The notes below the pieces were generated by a model that had not been told where the DNA came from, did not search any database, and worked only from the letters and a program-made list of their open reading frames with translations. The translations under genes were made by a program, and so were the position numbers. A stretch of DNA of 64,000 nucleotides from an uncultured cyanobacterium (GTDB lineage: Bacteria; Cyanobacteriota; Cyanobacteriia; Cyanobacteriales; CAWCAG01), in the NCBI GenBank assembly GCA_963803805.1, contig CAWDOD010000010.1, forward strand, positions 352,001 to 416,000, read 5' to 3'. Below, piece by piece: positions 49,883 through 60,529 of the stretch. How positions within the stretch are numbered: position 1 is the first letter of the stretch; the number at the start of each line of letters is the position of its first letter.

Positions 49883-52597
49883 ATGGACTTAATTTTATGC
49901 CATCAAACCGCTGACTTCGATGCAGTAGGGGCAGCCGTTGGTTTAACTCGCTTAAAAGCTGGAGGAAAAATTGTCTTAACGGGAGGAGCGCATCCTACTG
50001 TTAGAGAGTTTTTAGCCCTACATCGCAATGCTTTAGCTATTGTAGAACGGCGCAGTGTAGATCCCCAAAAAATTCGTTCTTTAATTATTCCTGATACCCA
50101 AAAACGGAGTCGCTTAGGTAAGGCAGCGGAGTGGTTTGATTTACCCAATCTCAAAACTATTGAAGTCTACGATCACCATATGGGTGCGGAGATGGATATT
50201 CCCGCCACTTATAGTGTCATTGAACCTGTGGGGGCGGCTACAACTTTAATTGTTGAACAACTTCAAAAACATGGAATTGATTTAACTTCTGCCGAAGCTA
50301 CGGTGATGGCTTTAGGTATCCATGTTGATACGGGTTCATTAACTTTTGATCAAACTACTCCCCGTGATGCCCTAGCTTTGGCTTGGTTAATGGCACAAGG
50401 GGCCAACTTATCCTTAATTGCGGAATATAGTCATCCTAGTTTGTCGCCACAATTGCAACAATTGTTAACACAATCTCTAAATAATTTACGTAAAGTAACG
50501 ATTCGGGATTGTACTCTCAGTTGGATTTTACTAAAAACCGATACTTTTATACCAGGATTAGCTAGCTTAGCCTCAGAAATATTAAAGCTAACGGAAGTAG
50601 ATACTCTGTTGCTAGCCCATGAATATGGCACAAAAAAGCCTGAAGAGAAAAAAATAACGATTATTGGGCGATCGCGACTCCCGGAAACTGATTTCAATCA
50701 ACTATTCCAACCTTTAGGAGGAGGGGGCCATGGACAAGCTGCCTCTGTTACCCTACGCCTTAATAAAGATAAACCTTTTAAATTAGCAGAACTTGTCGAA
50801 AAGTTACAAAAACAAATTCCTTACCCCCTCACCGCCAGGGATTTAATGTCATCTCCTGTACGGACTATTCGCCCAGAAACCACCATTGAACAGGCACAGA
50901 GTATCTTACTGCGTTATGGTCACTCTGGACTATGTGTCGTTAATACCAGCGACAAACTTGTGGGGATTATTTCCCGTAGAGACATAGATTTAGCCCTACA
51001 CCACGGCTTTCACCATGCCCCAGTTAAAGGTTATATGTCTAGCAACCTCAAAACCGTTACCCCAGCAACCATCATCAGCGAAATTGAATCTTTGATGGTA
51101 ACTTACGATGTGGGTAGATTGCCGGTGCTAAAAGATGAACAGCTTATCGGTATCGTCACTCGCACCGATATATTACGCCAACGTCGAGGAGGAAATCAGT
51201 TAGAGAAAGAGGAAACTAGTAACGCTTCCCCTATAGCCTTTCTTCTTCCTCCTAATGCTCAATCCTTAATTTCTCAACAAATCCTCCAATTTCTTGATTT
51301 AGCCTCCACAGAAGCCGAGAAAAGGGGCTGGAACCTCTATTTAGTTGGGGGTGCAGTTAGGGATTTGTTGCTACGGCAGCAAAATGAGGCAAATCCAGAC
51401 AACATCTCGCCTCTACAAGATATTGACCTAGTAGTAGACGGCTTTCATGAGGCAGCCAATGCCAATGCCGGGGTAGAATTAGCCAAAGCCTTACAAATAG
51501 AGTTTCCTAACTGTCGCTTAGAAGTTCACGGTGCATTTCAAACAGCAGCTTTACTGTGGCATCATGACTCACAATTTGGTAATCTCTGGGTTGATATTGC
51601 CACTGCGAGGACAGAATTTTATCCTTACCCCGCAGCTAACCCTGTAGTGGAAGCAAGTTCCATTCGCCAAGACTTATATCGCCGCGACTTCACCATCAAC
51701 GCCTTAGCCTTAAAACTCACCAATTCCCAAACAGGGGAATTACTCGACTTTTTTGGGGGAATCTTGGATTTAGAATCCCATCAAATTAGAGTCCTACATC
51801 CCAACAGTTTTATTGAAGATCCCACCCGTATTTATCGTGCGGTAAGATTTGCTGTCCGTTTAGGGTTTACTATCGAGTCCCAAACAGAATCTTACATCCG
51901 TTATGCGATCGCTAGTGGAGTTTACGAACGTTCTCAAGCCGAAAATCACTCTCCACCCGCTTTAACTACCCGCTTAAAAACGGAATTAAAATATATTCTC
52001 CAAGCCCCTTATTGGAAACGGGCTTTACAAGTTCTCCAGTCCCTAGAGGCTTTACGCTGTCTCCATCCGGACCTTAAACTAGATAAGCAATTATGGTGGC
52101 AAATACGCTTACTAGACCGTTGGTTAAGAAAATTCGATCCGGACAACAGCCTTAACCATTGGCTAATGAGACTAGAACTAATCCTTGCTAAACTTCCTGG
52201 GGAAACTGGTAGCAAGGTAGCAACTAATCTGCAATTACCCCTCAATACTGTTCAAAGATTACAAAATCTTGCTTCAGTAGAAAGGAAAATTGTTAATGAA
52301 CTGAGACAATCTCTGCTTCCGAGTCAAGTAGTTAAACTATTACGGCAGTACAAACTACCAACCCTCGCTTTATTAGCAGTAAAAACTCCCCGTCAGATAC
52401 GCAAACTAATTTGGCAGTATCTTATCCATTGGAGGAATGTCCAATCGCCTTTAAACGGCAATGACCTCAAAGCCCTTGGTTATCAACCAGGGCCACAATA
52501 TCGCCAAATACTCGACGATTTACTAACAGCTAAGTTAGATAGCAAAATCAGCGATCGCGCTGAAGCAAAAAATTACTTACGAAGTAATTACTCATAA
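49883..52597 (+). CDS. DHH-CBS-tRNA nucleotidyltransferase (probably the A-adding type)
   Basis: HQTADFDA, DHH, GGGH, two CBS domains, VGGAVRD, DID, ARTE, RRDFTIN, EDPTR. Confidence 0.88.
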   Translation: MDLILCHQTADFDAVGAAVGLTRLKAGGKIVLTGGAHPTVREFLALHRNALAIVERRSVDPQKIRSLIIPDTQKRSRLGKAAEWFDLPNLKTIEVYDHHMGAEMDIPATYSVIEPVGAATTLIVEQLQKHGIDLTSAEATVMALGIHVDTGSLTFDQTTPRDALALAWLMAQGANLSLIAEYSHPSLSPQLQQLLTQSLNNLRKVTIRDCTLSWILLKTDTFIPGLASLASEILKLTEVDTLLLAHEYGTKKPEEKKITIIGRSRLPETDFNQLFQPLGGGGHGQAASVTLRLNKDKPFKLAELVEKLQKQIPYPLTARDLMSSPVRTIRPETTIEQAQSILLRYGHSGLCVVNTSDKLVGIISRRDIDLALHHGFHHAPVKGYMSSNLKTVTPATIISEIESLMVTYDVGRLPVLKDEQLIGIVTRTDILRQRRGGNQLEKEETSNASPIAFLLPPNAQSLISQQILQFLDLASTEAEKRGWNLYLVGGAVRDLLLRQQNEANPDNISPLQDIDLVVDGFHEAANANAGVELAKALQIEFPNCRLEVHGAFQTAALLWHHDSQFGNLWVDIATARTEFYPYPAANPVVEASSIRQDLYRRDFTINALALKLTNSQTGELLDFFGGILDLESHQIRVLHPNSFIEDPTRIYRAVRFAVRLGFTIESQTESYIRYAIASGVYERSQAENHSPPALTTRLKTELKYILQAPYWKRALQVLQSLEALRCLHPDLKLDKQLWWQIRLLDRWLRKFDPDNSLNHWLMRLELILAKLPGETGSKVATNLQLPLNTVQRLQNLASVERKIVNELRQSLLPSQVVKLLRQYKLPTLALLAVKTPRQIRKLIWQYLIHWRNVQSPLNGNDLKALGYQPGPQYRQILDDLLTAKLDSKISDRAEAKNYLRSNYS

Positions 52598-52651
52598 GGG
52601 TGCATTTATTACGAAAAGTAACATAATAGGTTAGACAACCCAACGTAACTT

Positions 52652-53774
52652 ATGACCTGCACCGCAACCTCTTCTACCCTTAAAGATGGTAAATATTGCC
52701 TGAATGCCTCTATCGGTCAAGGTATCTTTAGCTGCACTTACCAGGGAATTGAACAACAATCTAAGCAACCAGTAATAATTAAAACTTTAGGGCAAAACTT
52801 AGTCACTCACCCTGACTTTGAACAGTTTAAAAGCAAATTTCTGTACCTTGCCCAAAAGCTGAGTACTTGTCGCCACGAAAATTTAGTTCCGGTGCTAGAT
52901 ATATTTGAAGAAGAGGGTAAACCTTATGTTGTTTATGAACGTATTATTGGACCAAATTTAGCTACTTTTATCGAACAAACAGGTAACTTAAACCCCGAAA
53001 AAGCAGTCCAATACATCAGTCAAATTAGTGCTGCTGTAGCTACTCTTCATCATGCCAATCTTCAACACCTTGATATTAAACCTCAGAATCTCATCCGCCA
53101 AAACAGAACTGGTAAAGTAATCTTAGTAGACTACGGTTTAACCTGTGAGTTGACTCCAGAAATAAAACAAACCCACGGTAACTTAGTATCTCCTGGTTAT
53201 GCAGCTATGGAGTATTATCTTCCCGAAAGTAGCCTTAACGCCGCTACCGACATTTATGCTTTAGGTGCAACCCTATTAACCCTAATCACAGGTAAAGAAG
53301 CAACACCAGCGCTTTTAAGGGCTAATCAAACTGTTCCTGAAGAACTGCGCCATGGTTTTCAAGAAGAAAATTCTGCCAAAAAGCTTAATCCTACTCTCAA
53401 AAAAGCAATTATCCAAAGTTTAGCAATTGAGGCAAAAGAATCGTCCCCAAACTATCCAGAACTGGCTAGAACTTTTACCTCAAGAAAAAGAACAAACAAC
53501 CTCTGCTCCTAACCTTATTCAACCATCTCAAACTATTAAGAAAATCCCTCAACCTAGTAAGCCCAAAAAAACCAAACTTAAGTCCTCAAAAAAATCTCAT
53601 TATCAATACCCCTTCAAAGCCTTAATAATGACTAGTATGGTGGCAGCTTTTGCCGGGCTTGGTTTTGGTTTAGCTATACGTCTTAATCGGCCTGAAGAAC
53701 CTGGTTCAACAATTTTTCATACTGAACAGTCTTTTCCAGAACGTCCAGACTGGCAAATCAAGGACAACCCTTAG
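52652..53774 (+). CDS. Membrane-anchored Ser/Thr kinase-like protein, split by a +1 frameshift in the A-run at 53434-53437
   Basis: HLDIKPQN, DYG, GYAAME; removing one A gives AIEAKNRPQTIQNWL, the typical kinase end, followed by a TM helix. Confidence 0.82.
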
Positions 53775-53782
53775 TTGATAAA

Positions 53783-53855
53783 CGAGCGCGGAGGGACTTG
53801 AACCCCCGACACCCAGGACCGGAACCTGGTGCTCTATCCGCTGAGCTACGCGCCC
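53783..53855 (-). tRNA. trnR: tRNA-Arg(CCG)
   Basis: Reverse complement GGGCGCGTAGCTCAGCGGATAGAGCA-CCAGG-TTCCGGT-CCTGG...GGTTCAAGTCC; CCA not encoded. Confidence 0.96.
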
Positions 53856-53905
53856 TCTCAAGCTATTATTAACAATAACATATTATTCAATAATAAACCC
53901 TTACC

Positions 53906-54667
53906 TTAATAACTAGTACTTGCTTTCCAAAAGAAATAAATAGCTAAAATTACTAATAGGGTACGAAACATTAAACTAACTACTTTTTCCGGTAACTTTG
54001 GTAAGAAACGAGTACTAAATTGAGCGCCAATTAATCCCCCTGTACCTAAAACCAAGCCCTCTAACCACAAAACATTGCCTCTTTGTGCATGGCCTAAACA
54101 AGCAGCGATTGAAGAAATAACAATTGCTCCTAAGCTAGTTTGAATAGCGGCTTTGATTTTTTCTCCTAATAACAACATTTGCAAAGGAACCATAATTACA
54201 CCGCCCCCAACCCCAAATAAACCAGCTAATAAACCTGCTATTGCCCCTGTGGCAATACGGCTTAAAATAGGGTTAATTTTTACTTGTTGATTTTGCTTGT
54301 TTTTACTTAACGAATATTTACGTAAGGTTACTAAAAAAATGTTGGCAAGTAACAAAAATCCGAAGGCAGTTTCTTTAACATAGTCTGGTAACTTAGCGAC
54401 TAAATAAGCTCCCCATAAAGCAGTAAATATTGCTGGCAATCCTAATAAAATAATGTGCTGCCAATTTAAGTAACCCATACGCCAATTTTGTAGGGTTCCT
54501 GAAGCAGAAGTCATGACAATAGCCAAACTGCTAGTAGCTACACTTTGGTCATAGGAATAACCGAAAATAGCTAAAATCGGTACTAAAACCGTACCTCCAC
54601 CAATACCAAGTAATCCTGCCAAAAGTCCAGAGGAAAGTCCCCCCAGTGCAAGGAGCAACCAAATCAT
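53906..54667 (-). CDS. TauE/SafE family sulfite exporter
   Basis: Duplicated GLLGIGGG / GLFGVGGG motifs, ATSS / QTSL. Confidence 0.9.
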   Translation of the reverse strand: MIWLLLALGGLSSGLLAGLLGIGGGTVLVPILAIFGYSYDQSVATSSLAIVMTSASGTLQNWRMGYLNWQHIILLGLPAIFTALWGAYLVAKLPDYVKETAFGFLLLANIFLVTLRKYSLSKNKQNQQVKINPILSRIATGAIAGLLAGLFGVGGGVIMVPLQMLLLGEKIKAAIQTSLGAIVISSIAACLGHAQRGNVLWLEGLVLGTGGLIGAQFSTRFLPKLPEKVVSLMFRTLLVILAIYFFWKASTSY

Positions 54668-54861
54668 AAATAATTAAACCCCATACATTTAAGTATTTTT
54701 TCAAGGAAAACCGAAGATATCAGAGCAACTTAGTTACTTTTTTTATTCCTCTATTGTGGGTAAGTGTGATGGCAAATTCTTGTCTCCATAGATCAAAATA
54801 GTATAGAGAAGAACGAATGCCAATTAATCTTTAGTCAGAATAGCGAAAGGGGATTACTAGG

Positions 54862-57800
54862 ATGTACGTCTATCGTACCTCGCAATTCAACCGGGAATTA
54901 GAACGCCAAAAGAACCTGCAACCGCAAGTTGAACGGTTGTGTAGCGAGTTGGCTACCATGAGGTTAGATGAAGTGCAGTCACGGTTTGAACGAGTATATC
55001 CTTACCTGAAACGTAAAGAAGGCAATTTGCGCTTAATTGCCAGGATTTATCGCTTTGGTAAAGAACATATCCTTTGTTGGTTGGTGATTTTTCGTCGTGG
55101 CGATCGCAGGTATGAAGAGTTTTTGCGAGAGAGGGAACAGTTTAAGCATAGTTCTTGGGATGGGGAATTACAACCGAGTAAACTAAAGCAATGGCTCAAA
55201 GAACAAAAAGCCCTGAATCAAATTAAGCAACCTAGATCCCAGCCCTTAACCCCAGAGTTACTACCTTGGTTAGATCGCCCTAATTGGGAAATAGATACTG
55301 ATGGGGTATCTATTTATGAAAGCGAGTCTTGGGTAAATCAATTTCAAACCCCAGAAATAGAGAGTCGTTGGTTGGTTTTTAACCAGATGATTGCTGAGAT
55401 TGCTGATGCCGAGACTTTTATCGGCGAAGATACTATTTGGTCAGATGTTAAACTGCACAGCAAAGATGATTGCTATGTTCTCTACAGTAAAATTAATACT
55501 GCCGATACTCCTCCTTTAAAAGTAGTCTTTCTCCTTGCACCTTTTTTCAGCAACCCTTCCAGGGTACAAATTGCCAGAATTGTAGAACAAATCCCTTCTC
55601 CTTTAGCTTTAAAAAATCGCCAATTTTCCGCCCCCATTTCCATTGCAGCTTTGTTTAGCAATTTGAAAATAGACGAACTTAACCCTTTAGCTAAACGTGC
55701 CTATCCTGGTTATTTATTAGCGGATGAAACTAGTTGGCTAGCTATTGAAAAAGAAGAAACTGCTAACTTAGCCCTTTCCGCCGAAGAAAAGGCGATTCTC
55801 CACTCTGTTTCTACGGCTAAGGCTTCCTTACCCCTATTTTTAAACGGGCAAGCAGGTAGCGGCAAATCAACCATGCTTTTTCATCTCTTCGCTGATTATT
55901 GCTACCGCCACCTTTGCCATTGCCAAGCAGAAGGCAAAGATATTTTAAGCAAACCCCATCCCTTATTTTTGGCTTATAATGAACGCCTCCTCAAAGTTGC
56001 TAAAGAAAGGGTGATTCCTTTATTAGAATCCCATCACCGCTTCCTCGCCAGAAAAGAGGAATTAACCCAAATTCCCGATTTGAGTCCTTTTTTTCAAACC
56101 TTCAGAAGCTTTTTACGCAACCTTTTACCCAAAGAAGAAAGCGATCGCTTCAACGATGCTAAATATATTTCTTTCCACCGCTTCCGACAACTATACAAAC
56201 ATAACCCTTGGGAATATTCCCCAGAACGTTCTTGGTTAGTCATTCGTACCTTTATTAAAGGCTACCATCTTGATGAGCGAGATAATTACCGTTCCCCGGA
56301 AGATTATTTAGAAATTCCGAAACGAGAAAGAACAGTTCCCCCAGAAGAGTTTGCTGCCATCTACGAAAATGTTTGGAAGTGGTACAAACAAAGAACTAAA
56401 GAACAAGGGGAATGGGATGATCAAGATTTAATTAGGAGGGTATTGCAACTCAAATCCTATTGCCCAGAGTATACAGCCATTTTCTGTGACGAGGCTCAGG
56501 ATTTTACTCAACTGGAGTTGCAACTGATCATGCGCCTGTCAGCCTTTTCTCAATATGATTTGGAACACCAACATATTGAATGCCTCCCTTTTGCTTTTGC
56601 TGGTGATCCGATGCAAACCCTTAATCCCACAGGATTTCGTTGGGCTAGCCTTAAAGCAGGATTTTATAACGAGGTGATTACCGCTTTATCTCCCACAGGC
56701 AAATTGGGTTTGGAGATGAATTTTACTGAGTTAGAGTCAAATTACCGCTCCTTACCTGCCATTGTTGGAGTTAACAATTTAATTCAATTATGGCGAGTGG
56801 TTTTATTTGATATCCCGGAATTAAAACCCCAGAAACCGAGAAAAACTGGTGAATTTGTACCACAAAAATATATCATCGGGGAAAATATGCTCCCGGAAGC
56901 GGTTAAATATTACCTGCAAGATACGATTATTATTGTTCCTTGTGATGAAGGAGCAGAAGCTGACTACCTACAAAGGGACGAACATCTGCGTTATTTATTA
57001 GGGGAAGGCAATAACGTAGAGCCCCATTGGAATATTTTAAGTGCGATCGCCGCTAAGGGATTGGAATTTAGACAGGTGGTTTTATATAAATTTGGAGAAT
57101 TTTGCCAGCCGGAAGCTTGGGAAAGTCATGATCACGCCAATGAGGAAGTAAAATACTTTTTCAATAAACTCTATGTCGCCTCTAGTCGGGCAACAGAACG
57201 TTTGTTTATTGTGGATACTCCTTTGGGTGAAAGAAAATTGTGGCAAAAAGCTAGCGATCCCAGAGAATTAGAAGAGTTCCTTGGGGAGTTAAAGCAAGAA
57301 AAAAAACAGCAACAATGGCGAGAGGCAATTCAACTAATTAGTTTGGGAACCCGCCCCCATGAAATTGCGACAGATGACCTAGAATCAATCGCTAAAATCT
57401 TTGTTACAGAAGGGTTAAATACTGAAAATCCTGAACTTCTCCGCAGGGCGCAAGGTGCTTATCAACGCCTCAATAAACCTCAACAAGCGGCGTTGTGTGA
57501 AGCAAGGGCATTGAAGTTAGAAAAACAATTTCTTACTGCTGGTAATCTCTTCTTGAAGCAAAACCTTGTTGATCAAGCCTGGGATTGTTTTTGGCAGGGT
57601 ATGTGTTGGGGTAAGTTGGTTGTTTGGTATGAGTCTTTGGAAACTGGAGACTGGGAGAGGGAGAAAGAAACAGATGTACCGGAAAGTTTACGCCGAGAAA
57701 TAGAGGCAGACAGGCAAACTATCTTAGATCGTCGTGAATCCTATCGCCCTTTAGTCAATTTTATGGTGGCAGAGACTGATGAAGTTGAAGCGGTAGTGCA

Positions 57801-59175
57801 GTTTACTGAGTTTCTTGAAGCAGGGTTAAAAGATAATAGCTTAGAAGAAAATCGCTTTGCCCCCCAATGGCAAGAAGGTGTGCAAACCTATGTTCAACGC
57901 ATTACCAGATTGCTTAAAAATCAAGAAACCCCCGGAAATAAATGGGGAGAAGTTTTACAAAAATTGGCGATCGCCGGGTATAAAAATACCTATGAATTAG
58001 CTGGCAGGTGTTTTTATTTAGCAGAGAAACTGCCCCAAGCAGTAACAGTTTGGGAAGAAGGGAAATTCACCCACCTCAAAGAATACAATATTGCCAAAGC
58101 TGAAGTTGTGGGCTTGCCTGCTGGACTAGAATTTCTTGCCAAAGTTCAACCTAATGGAGGAGAGTTAATTTTAAGCGCTTGGCAACAAGCAGGCAAACCC
58201 CATGAATACCAATGGTTACGACACATTGCCCCCATTTTAGAAGCCAAACAACAATATGCTAATGCTTTACTGGTTTATACTTGGCTCGATAACTTAATCA
58301 AAGTTAAATCCTGCTTTGCCCAATTCTGGCAACAAACATCTTCCTCTCCTTGCCCTTCCCTGCCTCGCCACAAACCCCTCAAAATCATCCTAAGTTACTA
58401 CTTCAATTCTCAATATTGGCAAGAAGCGATCGCCGCCATAGAAGCCTATTTACCCCAAATTAATGACTCGTCTTTCCCTTTTACTTTAGTTGAAGAAATA
58501 GCTAACTCTCAACTAACCTCAGAAAAACTGACCAAAAATCAACGCCAACACTACCAAAAGTTTATCAGAGAACAAATTCTTGATAATCCTAACTGGTCAC
58601 AACATCTTTCAATCGAAAAAATTGGTATCGCTTTAGAAAAAATTGGCTCTTTAGTAGAAACACTAGAGTTTTATGAAAAATATCTCAAACATCCTGACAA
58701 AAAATTACGCCAATTTGCCTGCGATCGCTGGTTAGCTACTAAAACTAACCAAGCAAAATATTTCCTCAATCAAGGGCAAACCGATAAAGCCAAACGCATT
58801 CACTCAGAAATTGCCAGGAAAGCAAAAAGATGGCAAAGCCAAATTAACTCTGTTGAATCAACCCTGCCAACTCAAAAAATTAGCAAACAGTTTGAAGTTG
58901 ACAATTTTGTAGTTGAAGTAACCAAAAATACTCAGCAAGTTCTAATTACTGATACTATTTCTGGTCAACAAATCCATATCAACTGCGCTACTTGCCAAAT
59001 AACAGTTGGCTCTATCATCCTACAGGCTCAAAATTGCCCAAGGCTCTCTTTTACTGAAGAAAACGGTGGTTACAGTGCCGTACTTCTCAAAAAAAAGGAA
59101 CAAATAACTTTAGAAGTCAATTTCCACCGGATTTCCCGAACCATTGTCTTGAAGTTTAAGGGCGATGATGTTTGA
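54862..59175 (+). CDS. Large SF1 (UvrD-like) helicase/ATPase with a putative RelE-like N-terminus and a TPR-like helical C-terminus
   Basis: GQAGSGKST (I), FCDEAQD (II), AGDPMQT (III), NYRS (IV), AKGLEF (V), YVASSRA (VI). Confidence 0.8.
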   Translation: MYVYRTSQFNRELERQKNLQPQVERLCSELATMRLDEVQSRFERVYPYLKRKEGNLRLIARIYRFGKEHILCWLVIFRRGDRRYEEFLREREQFKHSSWDGELQPSKLKQWLKEQKALNQIKQPRSQPLTPELLPWLDRPNWEIDTDGVSIYESESWVNQFQTPEIESRWLVFNQMIAEIADAETFIGEDTIWSDVKLHSKDDCYVLYSKINTADTPPLKVVFLLAPFFSNPSRVQIARIVEQIPSPLALKNRQFSAPISIAALFSNLKIDELNPLAKRAYPGYLLADETSWLAIEKEETANLALSAEEKAILHSVSTAKASLPLFLNGQAGSGKSTMLFHLFADYCYRHLCHCQAEGKDILSKPHPLFLAYNERLLKVAKERVIPLLESHHRFLARKEELTQIPDLSPFFQTFRSFLRNLLPKEESDRFNDAKYISFHRFRQLYKHNPWEYSPERSWLVIRTFIKGYHLDERDNYRSPEDYLEIPKRERTVPPEEFAAIYENVWKWYKQRTKEQGEWDDQDLIRRVLQLKSYCPEYTAIFCDEAQDFTQLELQLIMRLSAFSQYDLEHQHIECLPFAFAGDPMQTLNPTGFRWASLKAGFYNEVITALSPTGKLGLEMNFTELESNYRSLPAIVGVNNLIQLWRVVLFDIPELKPQKPRKTGEFVPQKYIIGENMLPEAVKYYLQDTIIIVPCDEGAEADYLQRDEHLRYLLGEGNNVEPHWNILSAIAAKGLEFRQVVLYKFGEFCQPEAWESHDHANEEVKYFFNKLYVASSRATERLFIVDTPLGERKLWQKASDPRELEEFLGELKQEKKQQQWREAIQLISLGTRPHEIATDDLESIAKIFVTEGLNTENPELLRRAQGAYQRLNKPQQAALCEARALKLEKQFLTAGNLFLKQNLVDQAWDCFWQGMCWGKLVVWYESLETGDWEREKETDVPESLRREIEADRQTILDRRESYRPLVNFMVAETDEVEAVVQFTEFLEAGLKDNSLEENRFAPQWQEGVQTYVQRITRLLKNQETPGNKWGEVLQKLAIAGYKNTYELAGRCFYLAEKLPQAVTVWEEGKFTHLKEYNIAKAEVVGLPAGLEFLAKVQPNGGELILSAWQQAGKPHEYQWLRHIAPILEAKQQYANALLVYTWLDNLIKVKSCFAQFWQQTSSSPCPSLPRHKPLKIILSYYFNSQYWQEAIAAIEAYLPQINDSSFPFTLVEEIANSQLTSEKLTKNQRQHYQKFIREQILDNPNWSQHLSIEKIGIALEKIGSLVETLEFYEKYLKHPDKKLRQFACDRWLATKTNQAKYFLNQGQTDKAKRIHSEIARKAKRWQSQINSVESTLPTQKISKQFEVDNFVVEVTKNTQQVLITDTISGQQIHINCATCQITVGSIILQAQNCPRLSFTEENGGYSAVLLKKKEQITLEVNFHRISRTIVLKFKGDDV

Positions 59176-60058
59176 GCCAGTGTTGAGCAATATCTAAACG
59201 ACGACAAATCCAAACCTGCTTATGACCTTGAACGTAATCGATAAACCTGGCTAAAGCTGCAATACGTCCTGGTTTTCCGGCTAGTCTAGCATGAAGTCCC
59301 ACTGACATCATTTTAGGTGCAGTGTTCCCTTCTGCATATAGAACATCAAAAGCATCTTTAAGATAAGTATAGAAATCGTTACCGCTACTGAAACCAGGGG
59401 CAACGCAGTATTTCATATCGTTGTTATCAAGAGTATAGGGAATAATTAAGTGAGATTTGCCTTCTACTTCTACCCAATAAGGCAAATCATCATTGTAAGC
59501 GTCAGAGTCATATAAAAAGCCTCCCTCTTCCACAATCAAGGAACGAGTGTTTAGACTAGGTGCATAGCGACAGTACCAACCCAAAGGGCGATCCCCTGTA
59601 AGTTTTTGCAAAGATGCAACCGCTTTTTTAATATGTTCTCTTTCTTCGGCTTCGTCTAATAAATGGTAGCCTATCCACCGCCAACCATGACAGCAAATAT
59701 CATACCCTGCATCTACGATTGCCTTTGCTGCTGCGGGGTTTCTTTCTAATGCTAAGGCTGCACCAAAAATAGTGACCTGGATATCTTTTTCTTTAAACAG
59801 GCGCATCAATCGCCAAAATCCAGCCCTACTACCATATTCATAAACAGACTCCACCTGTAAGTCTCGCATTCCTTTGTCCATAGAAGAACCAGGAACTTCC
59901 CTAAGATATATTTCTGAACTCTCATCTCCATCAGGAATTGAATATTCTGAGCCTTCTTCATAGTTAAGGACTATTTGTAAAGCTATTTTGGCATCTCCTG
60001 GCCATTTTGGATGAGGTGGGTTTGCACCATAACCAATTAAATCTCTGGGATAAGACAT
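59156..60058 (-). CDS. puuE: Allantoinase PuuE (polysaccharide deacetylase fold)
   Basis: YPRDLIGYG, NYEEG, YEYGSRAGFWR, HGWRW, KMMSVGLH. Confidence 0.93.
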   Translation of the reverse strand: MSYPRDLIGYGANPPHPKWPGDAKIALQIVLNYEEGSEYSIPDGDESSEIYLREVPGSSMDKGMRDLQVESVYEYGSRAGFWRLMRLFKEKDIQVTIFGAALALERNPAAAKAIVDAGYDICCHGWRWIGYHLLDEAEEREHIKKAVASLQKLTGDRPLGWYCRYAPSLNTRSLIVEEGGFLYDSDAYNDDLPYWVEVEGKSHLIIPYTLDNNDMKYCVAPGFSSGNDFYTYLKDAFDVLYAEGNTAPKMMSVGLHARLAGKPGRIAALARFIDYVQGHKQVWICRRLDIAQHWLKHHRP

Positions 60059-60092
60059 TTGTAAAATCAAAAATTATAAGTTCTGCCATTTA

Positions 60093-60106
60093 GTAGTTTT
60101 GGCTAC
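60093..60106. promoter_or_regulatory. NtcA box upstream of puuE
   Basis: GTA-GTTTTGGC-TAC; spacing to a -10 is non-canonical. Confidence 0.55.
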
Positions 60107-60295
60107 CGATATTTAAGATAATCATCAATCGATCTTAGTTTTAGAGTATTTGTATACAGTATTCAAAATAAGCCCTCTCCATAAATCTTTCTAAGCTTTA
60201 TTGGGAGAGGCTTTGAGTTCTTGGCAAGATGTTATTCGGATGTTACCACCTTTGCTTTAAGAAATTTCAAGCTATTATGGAGGTATAGACAAATT

Positions 60296-60309
60296 GTATA
60301 TTCTGTTAC
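60296..60309. promoter_or_regulatory. NtcA box just upstream of the RBS of the small ORF
   Basis: tGTA-TATTCTGT-TACa, downstream of a TATTAT -10 at 60273-60278. Confidence 0.65.
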
Positions 60310-60326
60310 AGAAATAAGGAGAAAAT

Positions 60327-60515
60327 ATGTTTAACAACAATCAAAACCAAAATTGGACTACCCAAAAATTTATAAACTTAAGTAAAGCCCTCGAACAGGC
60401 TTACTGCCTGGGAACGGATAATACAAAATCGAGCAAAAAAGCAGATTCTTGGACTACAGACAAGTTTGTAGAAATGAGCAGATATTTGGCTTCTGCCTAT
60501 GGTGTAGATTTTTAA
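60327..60515 (+). CDS. 62-aa protein with an internal duplication
   Basis: AAGGAG RBS; WTTQKFINLSKALEQAY / WTTDKFVEMSRYLASAY. Confidence 0.7.
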   Translation: MFNNNQNQNWTTQKFINLSKALEQAYCLGTDNTKSSKKADSWTTDKFVEMSRYLASAYGVDF

Positions 60516-60529
60516 TATTAAACTGGTTA

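Noticed and set aside
53783-59175. Integrative element at tRNA-Arg carrying the helicase gene
   Set aside because: No integrase, no duplicated tRNA 3' end seen, and the helicase gene contains many HIP1 sites like native DNA
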